Assembly: GCA_964493485.1 (NCBI GenBank)
Contig: CAZBMQ010000003.1
Coordinates: 8,468 to 72,467 of the forward strand
Direction of reading: 5' to 3'
Origin: an uncultured Candidatus Saccharibacteria bacterium
Lineage (GTDB): Bacteria > Patescibacteriota > Minisyncoccia > Minisyncoccales > JANBVM01
DNA: 64,000 nucleotides
In this document: positions 50,621 through 60,307 of the stretch, one piece after another
How the letters are laid out: each line of letters opens with the position of its first letter
Numbering within the stretch: the first letter of the stretch is position 1
The notes under the pieces: model-generated
Seen by the model: the letters and a program-made list of their open reading frames with translations, nothing else
Databases searched by the model: none
What the model was told of the DNA's origin: nothing
Program-made: the position numbers and the translations under genes

Positions 50621-51148
50621 TTAATATTTAAAAAGCTCTTTATTTAGCAAAAGAGTCAAGTCGAACTCAATCCCTCCTTTTTTTCCAAAACCAACATTAC
50701 CTATTTTTAATCTCTCCACTAAAGGAGATTGTTTAAAAATAGAAATCTGTTGACCCAAAGAAATAAAGTTATCTGTTCCTCCTTTAAAATCAACCTCTCT
50801 AAGAACGGACTTTATTTTTGTATCAGAAAAGAAAACCTTTGGATGGGTATTTTTCTCTAAAAAATCAAAAAGTTTTGAGTTAATAATATGGGCTTCAAGA
50901 AAAGGAGCAAAATCCTTTATTTTCTTTTTGTAATAAAGTACTTCTTTTTCCAAAGAGAGCATTTCCTCACCTTTCTTGCTTTCTATCTTATTTTCTAACT
51001 CCTGAAGATAGACAGTTGTCTTTGAAATAAGATGAAGAAAGATAAAATATCCTATTACTGTGGCTATCAGCAAAAACACCAAGAAATAAAACATAAATAC
51101 CTGCCATTTTGGTGCTTCTTCAACTGGTTTTGGTATTATCTCTACCAT
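50621..51148 (-). CDS. PilN-like protein
   Basis: MVEIIPK N-terminus (INLLP-like), TM, coiled coil; lies between pilM and pilO. Confidence 0.7.
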   Translation of the reverse strand: MVEIIPKPVEEAPKWQVFMFYFLVFLLIATVIGYFIFLHLISKTTVYLQELENKIESKKGEEMLSLEKEVLYYKKKIKDFAPFLEAHIINSKLFDFLEKNTHPKVFFSDTKIKSVLREVDFKGGTDNFISLGQQISIFKQSPLVERLKIGNVGFGKKGGIEFDLTLLLNKELFKY

Positions 51149-51171
51149 AATATTATTATGTGGTTATATAA

Positions 51172-52251
51172 TTATTCCAATTCTCTAAGAGCCAATCCTA
51201 CTGCTATTGCATAAGAAGGGCCCATTTTTCTTAATGTTTCATCAAGAATTGGAGGATAAAAAATATTTGAAAAAGGATTTACTATCTCTACCTGTTTATT
51301 GTTAAAGTGATCCTGAAAGTGCTCCAATAGACCAGGAAGAAAAGCTGTTCCTCCTGCTATAATAATCTTTTTTACTTCTTTTTTCTCTTTTAAATAAAAA
51401 CTTCTAAAAATCCTCTCTACTTCTCTAATTATTAAATCAACCAATGGAATCAAAATTTCTTTGATATTGCTTGCTTTTGGGTCTTGGTCTGAAGCTGATA
51501 TCCCGTATTTCTTTTTAAGTTTTTCTGCTGTATGATAATCAATTGACAAACCTCTGCTTATTCTTTCTGTCAAGCTATTTCCTGAAATATCAAAGCTGTG
51601 GGAAGTTTTAAGAATTCTTTTTTCAATTATACTACATGTAGTGCTCCTTGCGCCAATATCCAATAGACCAATCACTTCTTTGTCCTCTTTTTCTATAGAA
51701 GCTCGGATTAAACCAAATACTTCAGCCTCTAAAGCCAAAAGTTCGAATTCTAGTTTTGCGGCGATTCTCTGATATTGATTAATTACTTCGTTTGGAACTG
51801 CCACCAAAAGAACCTTAATCTTTTTACTCTCTTTTCCAGGAAAACCTTCTATCACCTGCCAATCTAATGTGACTTCTCCAAGAGGGAGGGGTACATGCCG
51901 TCTGGCTTCAGCTTTCACTGCTTGTGGAACCTCCTCTTGACTCATCTGAGGCAATTCAAATGTAGTAAAAAAACTTGAAAAATCAGGTATTGAGAAAATA
52001 ACCTTACGAGACTTGATATTAGCTTCTTCAACTATAGCCTTAATCGCTTTGGAGATATCATCAGTGGAAAGCAAAAGTGTACTTTTTTCAAATGTTCTAA
52101 AAGGTTTTTTATATAACACTGAAGCTGAAATCTCACCGTAATTTTCTAGTTTCTTTCTACCAGCCCAACTAGATAATTCTACCATTTTTATAGCTGAAGT
52201 ACCAATATCTATTCCTAAAAATTTTTGTGGAAGCAATTTAAAAAACCGCAT
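51172..52251 (-). CDS. pilM: Type IV pilus assembly protein PilM
   Basis: LGIDIGTSAIK, LDIGARST, IAGGTA, AIAVGLALR actin-like fold. Confidence 0.93.
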   Translation of the reverse strand: MRFFKLLPQKFLGIDIGTSAIKMVELSSWAGRKKLENYGEISASVLYKKPFRTFEKSTLLLSTDDISKAIKAIVEEANIKSRKVIFSIPDFSSFFTTFELPQMSQEEVPQAVKAEARRHVPLPLGEVTLDWQVIEGFPGKESKKIKVLLVAVPNEVINQYQRIAAKLEFELLALEAEVFGLIRASIEKEDKEVIGLLDIGARSTTCSIIEKRILKTSHSFDISGNSLTERISRGLSIDYHTAEKLKKKYGISASDQDPKASNIKEILIPLVDLIIREVERIFRSFYLKEKKEVKKIIIAGGTAFLPGLLEHFQDHFNNKQVEIVNPFSNIFYPPILDETLRKMGPSYAIAVGLALRELE

Positions 52252-52302
52252 TGTTTTATTTCCCTATAACTATATAATTAATTATATCATAAATTATATC
52301 AC

Positions 52303-52992
52303 ATGAAAGGATTTAATTTTAAAGAGTTTCTTTTAGATTTATTTTTTCCAAAATTCTGCTTTGGATGTAAAACAGAAGGAACATATCTGTGTGAAGATTG
52401 TAAAGCTATCCTTGATATTAATAATTTTCACAAGATATGTAAGAAAAAATGGCTCGATGATTTGTATTTTGCTCTTGATTACAAGAGTTTTTTGATAAAA
52501 AACCTAATCTATAATTTCAAATATAATTCCTTTGCTAGAGATTTATCTTTTCCAATTTCTTCTTTAATAATAGATCATTTTAAACTCTTAGATAAAAAAC
52601 CAAATTTTTCAGATTTTATATTAATCCCAATGCCTCTTGAAAAAACAAGATTAAAGTGGAGAGGATTTAATCAGGCGCAAAAAATCGCAGAACAGATTTC
52701 TTTATTTTTAAAAGTCCCTCTAGTTAATAATGTATTATTTAAAAAGCGAAAAACTCCTCCCCAGATTAATCTTTCTGAAATTCAAAGGAAAAAAAATATC
52801 AAAGATGCATTTTATTGTTATAATTCAGAAAAACTCCTTAAAAGAAAAGGGGTATTATTGGTAGATGATGTATATACTACAGGTGCTACAATGGAAGAAG
52901 CAGCTAAAACTCTTAAAAAAGCTGGAGCTAAAAAAGTCATAGGAATAGTTATTGCAAGATCTACGCTCTTTCAGGATAAATTAAAAAGGTAA
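52303..52992 (+). CDS. comF: ComF family competence protein
   Basis: DLFFPKFC..C..LCEDC zinc finger, RGFNQ, LVDDVYTTGAT. Confidence 0.93.
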   Translation: MKGFNFKEFLLDLFFPKFCFGCKTEGTYLCEDCKAILDINNFHKICKKKWLDDLYFALDYKSFLIKNLIYNFKYNSFARDLSFPISSLIIDHFKLLDKKPNFSDFILIPMPLEKTRLKWRGFNQAQKIAEQISLFLKVPLVNNVLFKKRKTPPQINLSEIQRKKNIKDAFYCYNSEKLLKRKGVLLVDDVYTTGATMEEAAKTLKKAGAKKVIGIVIARSTLFQDKLKR

Positions 52993-53080
52993 AAAGATAG
53001 GACAAAAAATAAAAGCTAGGACAAAAAAGAATAAAAACCGGATAAACACCGGTCTTTAATATTTGAAATGATAACATTTT

Positions 53081-53536
53081 CTATTGTCTAATGTCTAAAA
53101 GCTCTACTTCAAATATTAAAGTAGCATTAGGAGGAATTGGACCTCCAGGTGTGCCTTTTTCACCATATCCTAATTCAGGGGAAATAATCAGTTTTCGTTT
53201 TTCTCCTATTTTCATTCCTAATACACCAATGTCCCAACCTTTAATTACTTGTCCTATACCCAATTTAAAAGTAAAAGGGCTATTTCTATCTAAACTGGAA
53301 TCAAACTTTGTCCCATCTTCTAACCAACCTGTGTAATGAACAACAACTGTATCTCCATCTTTAGCCTCTTGTCCCTCCCCTTGTTTTAATATCTCTATTT
53401 CTAAACCTTCTACACCTTTCTTGCTTTCAGTTGGAACTGACTTTTCTGTTGTATTTTTGCGAAAAGTCTGAAAGAAAAAATAAGACACAGAAAGAATTGC
53501 TATTAAAATAGTAATTGAAAGAATAATTTTTCTCAT
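53081..53536 (-). CDS. FKBP-type peptidyl-prolyl isomerase with N-terminal TM
   Basis: [39 protein letters not shown]; ATG 53536. Confidence 0.95.
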   Translation of the reverse strand: MRKIILSITILIAILSVSYFFFQTFRKNTTEKSVPTESKKGVEGLEIEILKQGEGQEAKDGDTVVVHYTGWLEDGTKFDSSLDRNSPFTFKLGIGQVIKGWDIGVLGMKIGEKRKLIISPELGYGEKGTPGGPIPPNATLIFEVELLDIRQ

Positions 53537-53562
53537 AATCCAAAAGGTAACTTCATATTTTA

Positions 53563-54024
53563 TCAAATATCTCTAAAAAGAAAATCGAGCTTATCTCCTT
53601 TTTTTAATCCTATTTTTCTCGAAATACCTCCATTAATTTCTAAAACATATTTTGCCTTGAATCCCGGACTAATAAACGGACACTCTGTTTCTTTGCAGGG
53701 TTGAGCGTTTTCTTTTATAAATACTACCTTCCCTTCACTATTAATCCAGATAATATCTAAAGGAATTAAGGTATTCTTCATCCAAAAGGAATATTCTCCT
53801 TCTTCATTAAAAATAAAAAGCATACCTTTATCTGGATCCAAATGCTTTCTGAACATTAGCCCCCTACTGCGTTCCTCCGGTGTTACAGCTAATTCAAGAT
53901 TGAAACAGAAATTTTTAAAACAAACCTTGCCTTCCTTTTTTGTTTTTTGATTTAAATAGGTGTTATAAGCAACTCCTGAAGCTATTAAAAAAAGAGTGGC
54001 TATTAAAAAAACTTTCTTTCTCAT
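53563..54024 (-). CDS. DUF192 family protein
   Basis: [37 protein letters not shown]. Confidence 0.9.
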   Translation of the reverse strand: MRKKVFLIATLFLIASGVAYNTYLNQKTKKEGKVCFKNFCFNLELAVTPEERSRGLMFRKHLDPDKGMLFIFNEEGEYSFWMKNTLIPLDIIWINSEGKVVFIKENAQPCKETECPFISPGFKAKYVLEINGGISRKIGLKKGDKLDFLFRDI

Positions 54025-54082
54025 TTGCTTATTTCTTTCCTGTATTTATCTTCTCAGGTCAAAAAATTATTTCCCTTTTAAT

Positions 54083-54649
54083 TTAGAGAACGCATCTTGG
54101 AAGAAAATAGAGATACAAAGCGCTTCCAAAACAAAGAAATGACATTATAACAAATACTGCATCAAAGCCAAATCTTGTCACTATTATCCCGCCTAGTATA
54201 GCACCTGTTGCTGTAGTAAAATAACTCATTGCTTCCCAGCTTCCCCACTGAAAACCGGATTTCTTTCTCTCTAAATGTTTGGAATAAACCGCATCAAATG
54301 CTGGACCATAAATTGCTTCTCCAAATCCAATTACAATTTGAATAAGAAATAAAGCCTCAATCGATCTCACTATCAAATATAAAGCAAAACCAATTCCCAT
54401 TATTATATATCCTAATACTATAATGAGTTCGTTTTCTTTTATCTTATCGCTATATCTTCCAGAGATAAGAGTAGTAATTCCAGCAGCAAGTGCAAAGATT
54501 CCTCCTGCAAAACTGGCATCAAGAAGACCACCACCTATTTCTTCAACAAAAATAGCATAAATGGGCCCCAGCATTGCTCCTGCCAACATCACTATACCAT
54601 CTGTTAAAAGTAAAATGTGGATTGCTTTATTAAAAAACAATTGTCTCAT
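54083..54649 (-). CDS. Half-size (6-TM) MFS-like transporter
   Basis: GRYSDKI motif A-like; six hydrophobic segments; 188 aa. Confidence 0.75.
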   Translation of the reverse strand: MRQLFFNKAIHILLLTDGIVMLAGAMLGPIYAIFVEEIGGGLLDASFAGGIFALAAGITTLISGRYSDKIKENELIIVLGYIIMGIGFALYLIVRSIEALFLIQIVIGFGEAIYGPAFDAVYSKHLERKKSGFQWGSWEAMSYFTTATGAILGGIIVTRFGFDAVFVIMSFLCFGSALYLYFLPRCVL

Positions 54650-54784
54650 AAAATACCAGGAGAGAGCAAGTGAATCTAATTTTAAAATTTTCTAAATTCC
54701 TGCTCTTGAATTTACTTCCCTATTATCAATATTATTTTTACCACATCATCACTACTAAGATTATCTATATTCAACAAACAAAGG

Positions 54785-54869
54785 CGGAGGGGGTGGGATT
54801 CGAACCCACACGTCCCGTTAGGGACTCCAGTTTTCAAGACTGGTGGAATAGCCGTTATCCGACCCCTCC
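54785..54869 (-). tRNA. tRNA-Ser (TGA)
   Basis: Acceptor GGAGGGG/CCCCTCC, anticodon arm CCAGT-CTTGAAA-ACTGG, long variable arm. Confidence 0.95.
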
Positions 54870-54939
54870 TTTTTAAAATAATATTCAAATATAAAAATTT
54901 TTAATAAAAAATATGTTTACTAAAGTGACAAAGCGAGTG

Positions 54940-55027
54940 CGGAGGAGGTGGGACTCGAACCCACAAGCCGCTTTTTACACGGCTACAGTTTAGCAAACTG
55001 CTGGCTTGCCATTCGCCGCACTCCTCC
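54940..55027 (-). tRNA. tRNA-Ser (GCT)
   Basis: Acceptor GGAGGAG/CTCCTCC, anticodon arm GCAGT-TTGCTAA-ACTGT, long variable arm. Confidence 0.93.
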
Positions 55028-55041
55028 TGACAACTAGCTAT

Positions 55042-55099
55042 ATTGTATCTTCAAAATCTTCTAAAGTCAATTGATTCTAATCAGTTTTTGTGATAAATT
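55042..55099. promoter_or_regulatory. Back-to-back divergent tRNA promoters
   Basis: Minus strand TTGACT-N17-TACAAT (55070-55042); plus strand TTGATT-N17-TAAATT (55071-55099). Confidence 0.55.
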
Positions 55100-55126
55100 T
55101 AAATAGTTTTTATCATATAAATCACT

Positions 55127-55198
55127 GTCCCCATAGCTTAACGGATAGAGCAGTAGCTTGCGGAGCTACTGGTGAAGGTTCGATTCCTTCTGGGGACA
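55127..55198 (+). tRNA. tRNA-Arg (GCG)
   Basis: Acceptor GTCCCCA/TGGGGAC, anticodon arm GTAGC-TTGCGGA-GCTAC, TTCGATT T-loop. Confidence 0.93.
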
Positions 55199-55238
55199 CA
55201 ATATATCAGATAAATTTAGATTCTTAGGTTTATATTTT

Positions 55239-57347
55239 ATGAGTCTCACCCTCTCTACTTCAGTCGAGAAAATTCCGCGAATCGGTCCTCAATATCAAAA
55301 AAAACTAATGAGATTGGGGATTAAAACCGTTCGCGATCTTTTATTTCATTTTCCTCATCGATATGAAGACTTCTCAACCTTAACGCCAATTTCAGAAGTA
55401 AAAATCAATGACACTGTCTGTATTCAAGGAAAGATTCTGGAAATAAAAAACACCATAACGTGGAAAAAAAGAATGGCAATTACTGAAGCTATAGTAGAAG
55501 ACGAATCTGGAGCAATTAAAGTAATATGGTTTAATCAGCCCTATCTGATAGATACATTAAAAGCTGGCGACCTGGTATGTCTTGCAGGAAAGGTAGCACT
55601 TGGTAAAAAAAGCTATCCCGGCGTCTATCTCTCTAGCCCTGCTTATGAAAAAATATCAGATGTAGAAAAAAAGACTCTCATTCATACAGGAGGACTTATT
55701 CCAGTTTATCCCGAAACAGAAGGGCTTTCTTCAAGATGGCTGAGATATATATTAAGACCGCTCTTGGCAGAATTTAAAAATAAAATAAAAGATCCTCTCC
55801 CAGAAGAAATTAAAAGAGAAGAGGGCTTGTTGCCCTTAAATAAGGCTTTGTGGCAAATCCATTTTCCAGATTCAAAAGAATTAGCTCAGAAAGCCAGAAA
55901 AAGATTTGCCTTTCAAGAACTCTTTTTTATTCAGTTAAATGTGTTAAGAGAAAAAATGAGATTAAAAATGGAAAAAGCAATCCCTGTTCCTATTAATATT
56001 AATCTCATAAAAAGTTTTGTTGATTCCTTGCCTTTTCAATTAACGAATGCTCAAAGAAAATCCGCTTGGCAGATTCTTAAAAACATGGAAAAGCCAAGAC
56101 CTATGAATAGGTTATTAGAAGGAGATGTTGGCTCTGGAAAAACAATTGTGGCAGTAATTGCTGCCCTGAATGTAGCAAAAGCTGGATATCAGGTAGCCTT
56201 TATGGCTCCAACAGAAATCTTAGCAAAACAGCATTTCAAAAATCTAAAAAATCTCTTAAAAGATTTTGAAATAAAAATAAGCCTTTTAACCAGAGGGGAT
56301 TACAAGCTTTTAGAAGAAAAATTAACTAAAAAGAAGTTCTTGGAAAAAGTAAGAAATGGAGAGATTGATATTGTAATAGGAACACATGCTTTAATCCAAG
56401 AAGAGGTAAAATTTAAAAAGTTGGCTTTTGTTATTTTAGATGAACAACATAGGTTTGGAGTAGAACAAAGGGCTCGTCTTTGTAAAGCATCGAATGAAGA
56501 AAGAAGGCTCATTCCTCATTTGCTTTCAATGACTGCCACTCCAATCCCAAGAACCCTAGCTTTAACAATATATGGAGATTTAGATCTTTCACTTCTCGAT
56601 GAAATGCCAAGAGGAAGAAAAAAAATCATCACTAAGGTTGTTCCACCAAAAAAAAGAAAGGAGGTGTATGAGTTTATTAAGGCTGAAGTTAAAAAAGGAA
56701 AACAGGTGTTTGTTATTTGTCCTAGAATAGAAGATACCCAAACAAATCAAAAATGGACAGAAACCAAAGCAGTGAAAAAAGAATATGAAAGATTACAAAA
56801 GGAGGTATTTCCTGATCTAAGAATAGCCATGCTGCATGGAAGAATGAAAACAAAAGAAAAAGAAGAAATAATGAAAAAAATGAAGAATAAAGAAATAGAT
56901 ATTTTGGTCTCAACCTCAGTAGTAGAGGTGGGGATTGATATTCCTAATGCTACCTTAATGATTATTGAAGGAGCTGAAAAGTTCGGGTTATCCCAACTCC
57001 ATCAGTTTAGAGGAAGAGTAGGAAGAGGAACAGATCAATCCTTCTGTTTTTTATTTACAGATTCTGGTGCCAAAAATACAAGAATGCGTTTAAAAGCATT
57101 GCTGGATTCAAAAACAGGCTTTGAGCTTGCAGAAAAGGACTTAGAAATCAGAGGACCAGGAGAAATCTTTGGTTCAAGACAATGGGGAATACCTGATTTG
57201 GCAATGTCTTCTTTGTCAGATGTTTTTTTAGTTGAAAAAACAAGAAGCTGGGCACAAAAAATCCTACAACAAGATCCTCAATTAAAAAAATATCCGCTTT
57301 TAGCAGAAAAAATAAAAGAATTTGGAAAAATAATCCATTTAGAATAA
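55239..57347 (+). CDS. recG: ATP-dependent DNA helicase RecG
   Basis: EGDVGSGKT, DEQHRFGV, MTATPIPRTL, QLHQFRGRVGRG, DLEIRGPGE. Confidence 0.96.
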   Translation: MSLTLSTSVEKIPRIGPQYQKKLMRLGIKTVRDLLFHFPHRYEDFSTLTPISEVKINDTVCIQGKILEIKNTITWKKRMAITEAIVEDESGAIKVIWFNQPYLIDTLKAGDLVCLAGKVALGKKSYPGVYLSSPAYEKISDVEKKTLIHTGGLIPVYPETEGLSSRWLRYILRPLLAEFKNKIKDPLPEEIKREEGLLPLNKALWQIHFPDSKELAQKARKRFAFQELFFIQLNVLREKMRLKMEKAIPVPININLIKSFVDSLPFQLTNAQRKSAWQILKNMEKPRPMNRLLEGDVGSGKTIVAVIAALNVAKAGYQVAFMAPTEILAKQHFKNLKNLLKDFEIKISLLTRGDYKLLEEKLTKKKFLEKVRNGEIDIVIGTHALIQEEVKFKKLAFVILDEQHRFGVEQRARLCKASNEERRLIPHLLSMTATPIPRTLALTIYGDLDLSLLDEMPRGRKKIITKVVPPKKRKEVYEFIKAEVKKGKQVFVICPRIEDTQTNQKWTETKAVKKEYERLQKEVFPDLRIAMLHGRMKTKEKEEIMKKMKNKEIDILVSTSVVEVGIDIPNATLMIIEGAEKFGLSQLHQFRGRVGRGTDQSFCFLFTDSGAKNTRMRLKALLDSKTGFELAEKDLEIRGPGEIFGSRQWGIPDLAMSSLSDVFLVEKTRSWAQKILQQDPQLKKYPLLAEKIKEFGKIIHLE

Positions 57348-57397
57348 ATCTCCTTTTAGTTTTCTTTTTATTTTTAAATTTTCCTCAAGAAAGTTTT

Positions 57398-58080
57398 CTA
57401 TTTTAGAGAAGAAGGATAGCTAATCGAAGCCATTAAAGCAGCCATCATCATTATTATCCGCGAAAAAACCAAGAACCAACCTGTCTTTATTGCTAATTCG
57501 TCAATAGCGGCTAAACTTAAAAAAATAAAAAGTGAAAGGGTAGCAATAAAGTCTTCTCTCTCAAGAATTTTTCCAATTAACAATTCTCTTTACAAAATCG
57601 AATATCACAAAAAGAAAAGTTGTCACATATGGAAATATAAAAATAAGCGAAGCTATTTTCGCCGGCTTATATTCAGAACCAACCTCAGAAATTTCGGGTC
57701 CTTCTATTCCGTCTTTCAACAAGAAAAATAAAAACAAAAGAGAACAGATACCTGCAAAATACTGAATATCTTTGTCAACTCCTTCTTTTTTGTCAACTTC
57801 CAGGCTGTGTGATACATCATAGGAACAAATACAAAAGAAACAAAAATCTGGTCAAAATAAAAGAAAAATCTATCCATATCAGTTTTTCCCAGAGCAAATG
57901 CAAAAATTCTTACAGCCATAAAAAGGAAAGTAAGGCCTAAAACATCCAAGATAAAGCAAAAGTAAATATCTTTTTATCTTTTTGTTTACGAGAGAAGATG
58001 GTAATCGATGTATAAAGAGCAGAGATACTAATAACAAAAAGGGGGGGAATATTATTTAAAACACCAATTGAAACTATCAT
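57398..58080 (-). pseudogene. Multi-TM membrane protein gene broken by three single-base frameshifts
   Basis: MIVSIGVLNNIPPLFV..SWMF / LGLTFLFMAVRI..KIFSI / FAGICSLL..KDGIEGPEISEVGSEYKP..NWK / KILEREDFIA..SSLK join into one hydrophobic protein across T- and A-runs. Confidence 0.65.
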
Positions 58081-58141
58081 TTTATTGTTAATTTCTTATC
58101 TATAAAACGACCTTTGTTTGTTTCAAAATAACCCTTTGTCA

Positions 58142-60280
58142 CTATAACTTAGGCCAAGATTCTATCATTAAACATATTTTTTTATTCTTCAAAGGAAGTT
58201 TTTGATAGATTTCTTCTGTTACAAAAGGAATAAAAGGATGCAAAAGTTTCAAAGAAGACAACAACACATATAATAAAACTTTTTGGGTATTTTTCTTTTC
58301 TGATTCTAACTTTGAATTTCTTATTTGTTTTTTGGATTTTTCAATATATATATCGCAAAAATCATGCCAAAAAAACTCATAAATCGTTCTTGCAGCTCTC
58401 CCGAATCTAAAATTCTCCAAATGACTGTCTACAGATTTTATTGTCTTTTCCAATGCTTTTAAAATTCTTTTATCATTTCTGGTAAATTTCAAGTCATCTT
58501 TTAATTTATTTGGAATTTGAAATTTAATACCTGAACATTGAAACATCACATATCTTGCTGCATTCCAAATCTTATTACAAAATTTCTTTCCCATCACAAT
58601 AGTATCCTCTCCAAATTTTATATCCTGTCCACCAGTTGTCTGCCAAGCAAGTCCAAATCTAGTAGCATCGGCACCATATTTTTCAATTAAATCCATGGGA
58701 TCTATTCCTGTCCCAAGAGACTTTGACATTCTCTTTCCTTCCTTTGTCAAAACTGTGGGATGAATATATACATCTTTAAACGGTCTTTTCTTCATAAATT
58801 CCAATCCAGAAAATATCATCCTCAAAACCCATAGATTAATAATATCTCTTGCAGTAGACAAAACATCTGTAGGATAAAATTTCTTCAAATCTCTTGTTTT
58901 TTTAGGCCATCCCAAAGTGGCGAAGGGCCAAAGAGCTGAAGAAAACCAAGTGTCTAAAACATCTTTGGTGCCTTTCACAGGAATCTTATGTCCCCACCAA
59001 ATTTGTCTTGAAATGCACCAGTCTTTTATATTCTTGGTCCAATCAAAAAGAGTTTTCTCAAATCTTTTTGGATGAAATTTTATTCTTCCACTTTTCACTT
59101 CTTTCTCTGCCCTCTTTGCAAGTTTTTTCATCTTCACAAACCACTGCTCAGATGGTAGAATCTCAATTATAGTTTTGCAACGATAACACTGAGGAACCTG
59201 ATGAAAAATTTTCTCTATTTTTTGTATCAAACCCAGCTTATTTAAATCTTCTACGATTTTCTCTCGAGCCTCAAATACATTAAGTTTTTGATAATCTCTT
59301 GGGGCTTTTTCTGTAATTTTTCCTTGCTCATCAATCACTTTTACAACCTCTAGATTATGAGAAAGACCTATCTCATAATCCTTCATATCGTGAGCCGGAG
59401 TCACCTTCACAGCCCCTGTTCCAAACTTAGGATCTACTAATCTATCAGCAATAATTGGGATAACTCTATCTACTAAGGGCAGTATTGCGTATTTCCCTAT
59501 TAAACTGCTATATCTTTTGTCGGCAGGGTTCACGGCTACAGCTGTATCACCAAGCATTGTTTCGGGTCTTGTCGTAGCTACAACAATAAATTCTGATTTT
59601 TTTGATTTATATTTTCGAACTTGCTTTGAGTTTCGGGTTTTGGATTTTGGATTTTCCACAATTGGGTATTTTATATACCAAAACCTGCCCATTTCCTCTT
59701 TATATTCAAGTTCCAGGTCAGAAAGACTGGTTTGGCATTTTGAGCACCAATTAACAGGTCTTTCTTTTTTATAAATCAATCCTTTTTGATAATAATTCAA
59801 AAAAGCTTTTTTCACAGCATCAGAATATTGTCTATCCATCGTAAATCTTGTCCTGGACCAATCTAAAGAAGCACCGATCTTTTTAAACTGGTCAAGAATA
59901 ATATTCCCATATTCTTTCTTCCATTGCCAAACCCTTTTAATAAACAATTTTCTTCCCAATTCAAACCTGGTTTTTCCTTCTTTTTTCAATTCTTTTTCTA
60001 CGCGCACCTGAGTAGCTATTCCAGCATGATCTGTACCCGGCAACCATAGCGCTTTATAACCCTGCAGTCTTTTCCAGCGGATTAAAATATCGTTCACTGT
60101 AGCATTAAGCGCATGGCCCATATGAAGTCTCCCTGTTACATTGGGAGGAGGCAACATTATCACAAAGGGTTTTTTTCTCTTACCAGGTAGTTTATCTGGA
60201 TTAAAAAAACCAGACCTCTGCCAAAGACGATAAATCTTTGCTTCTACCTTTTCTGGATTGTAAGCTTTAGACAATTTCAT
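58142..60280 (-). CDS. valS: Valine--tRNA ligase (reduced form)
   Basis: PPPNVTGRLHMGH, VATTRPETM, GTGAVKVTPAHD, DWCISRQIWWGH, RMSKS; ATG 60280. Confidence 0.96.
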   Translation of the reverse strand: MKLSKAYNPEKVEAKIYRLWQRSGFFNPDKLPGKRKKPFVIMLPPPNVTGRLHMGHALNATVNDILIRWKRLQGYKALWLPGTDHAGIATQVRVEKELKKEGKTRFELGRKLFIKRVWQWKKEYGNIILDQFKKIGASLDWSRTRFTMDRQYSDAVKKAFLNYYQKGLIYKKERPVNWCSKCQTSLSDLELEYKEEMGRFWYIKYPIVENPKSKTRNSKQVRKYKSKKSEFIVVATTRPETMLGDTAVAVNPADKRYSSLIGKYAILPLVDRVIPIIADRLVDPKFGTGAVKVTPAHDMKDYEIGLSHNLEVVKVIDEQGKITEKAPRDYQKLNVFEAREKIVEDLNKLGLIQKIEKIFHQVPQCYRCKTIIEILPSEQWFVKMKKLAKRAEKEVKSGRIKFHPKRFEKTLFDWTKNIKDWCISRQIWWGHKIPVKGTKDVLDTWFSSALWPFATLGWPKKTRDLKKFYPTDVLSTARDIINLWVLRMIFSGLEFMKKRPFKDVYIHPTVLTKEGKRMSKSLGTGIDPMDLIEKYGADATRFGLAWQTTGGQDIKFGEDTIVMGKKFCNKIWNAARYVMFQCSGIKFQIPNKLKDDLKFTRNDKRILKALEKTIKSVDSHLENFRFGRAARTIYEFFWHDFCDIYIEKSKKQIRNSKLESEKKNTQKVLLYVLLSSLKLLHPFIPFVTEEIYQKLPLKNKKICLMIESWPKL

Positions 60281-60307
60281 TTTGAAAATGAAATAAAAAT
60301 ATAACAA

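Noticed and set aside
54670-54876. 68-aa ORF ending AEGVGFEPTRPVRDSSFQDW
   Set aside because: Antisense translation of tRNA-Ser(TGA)
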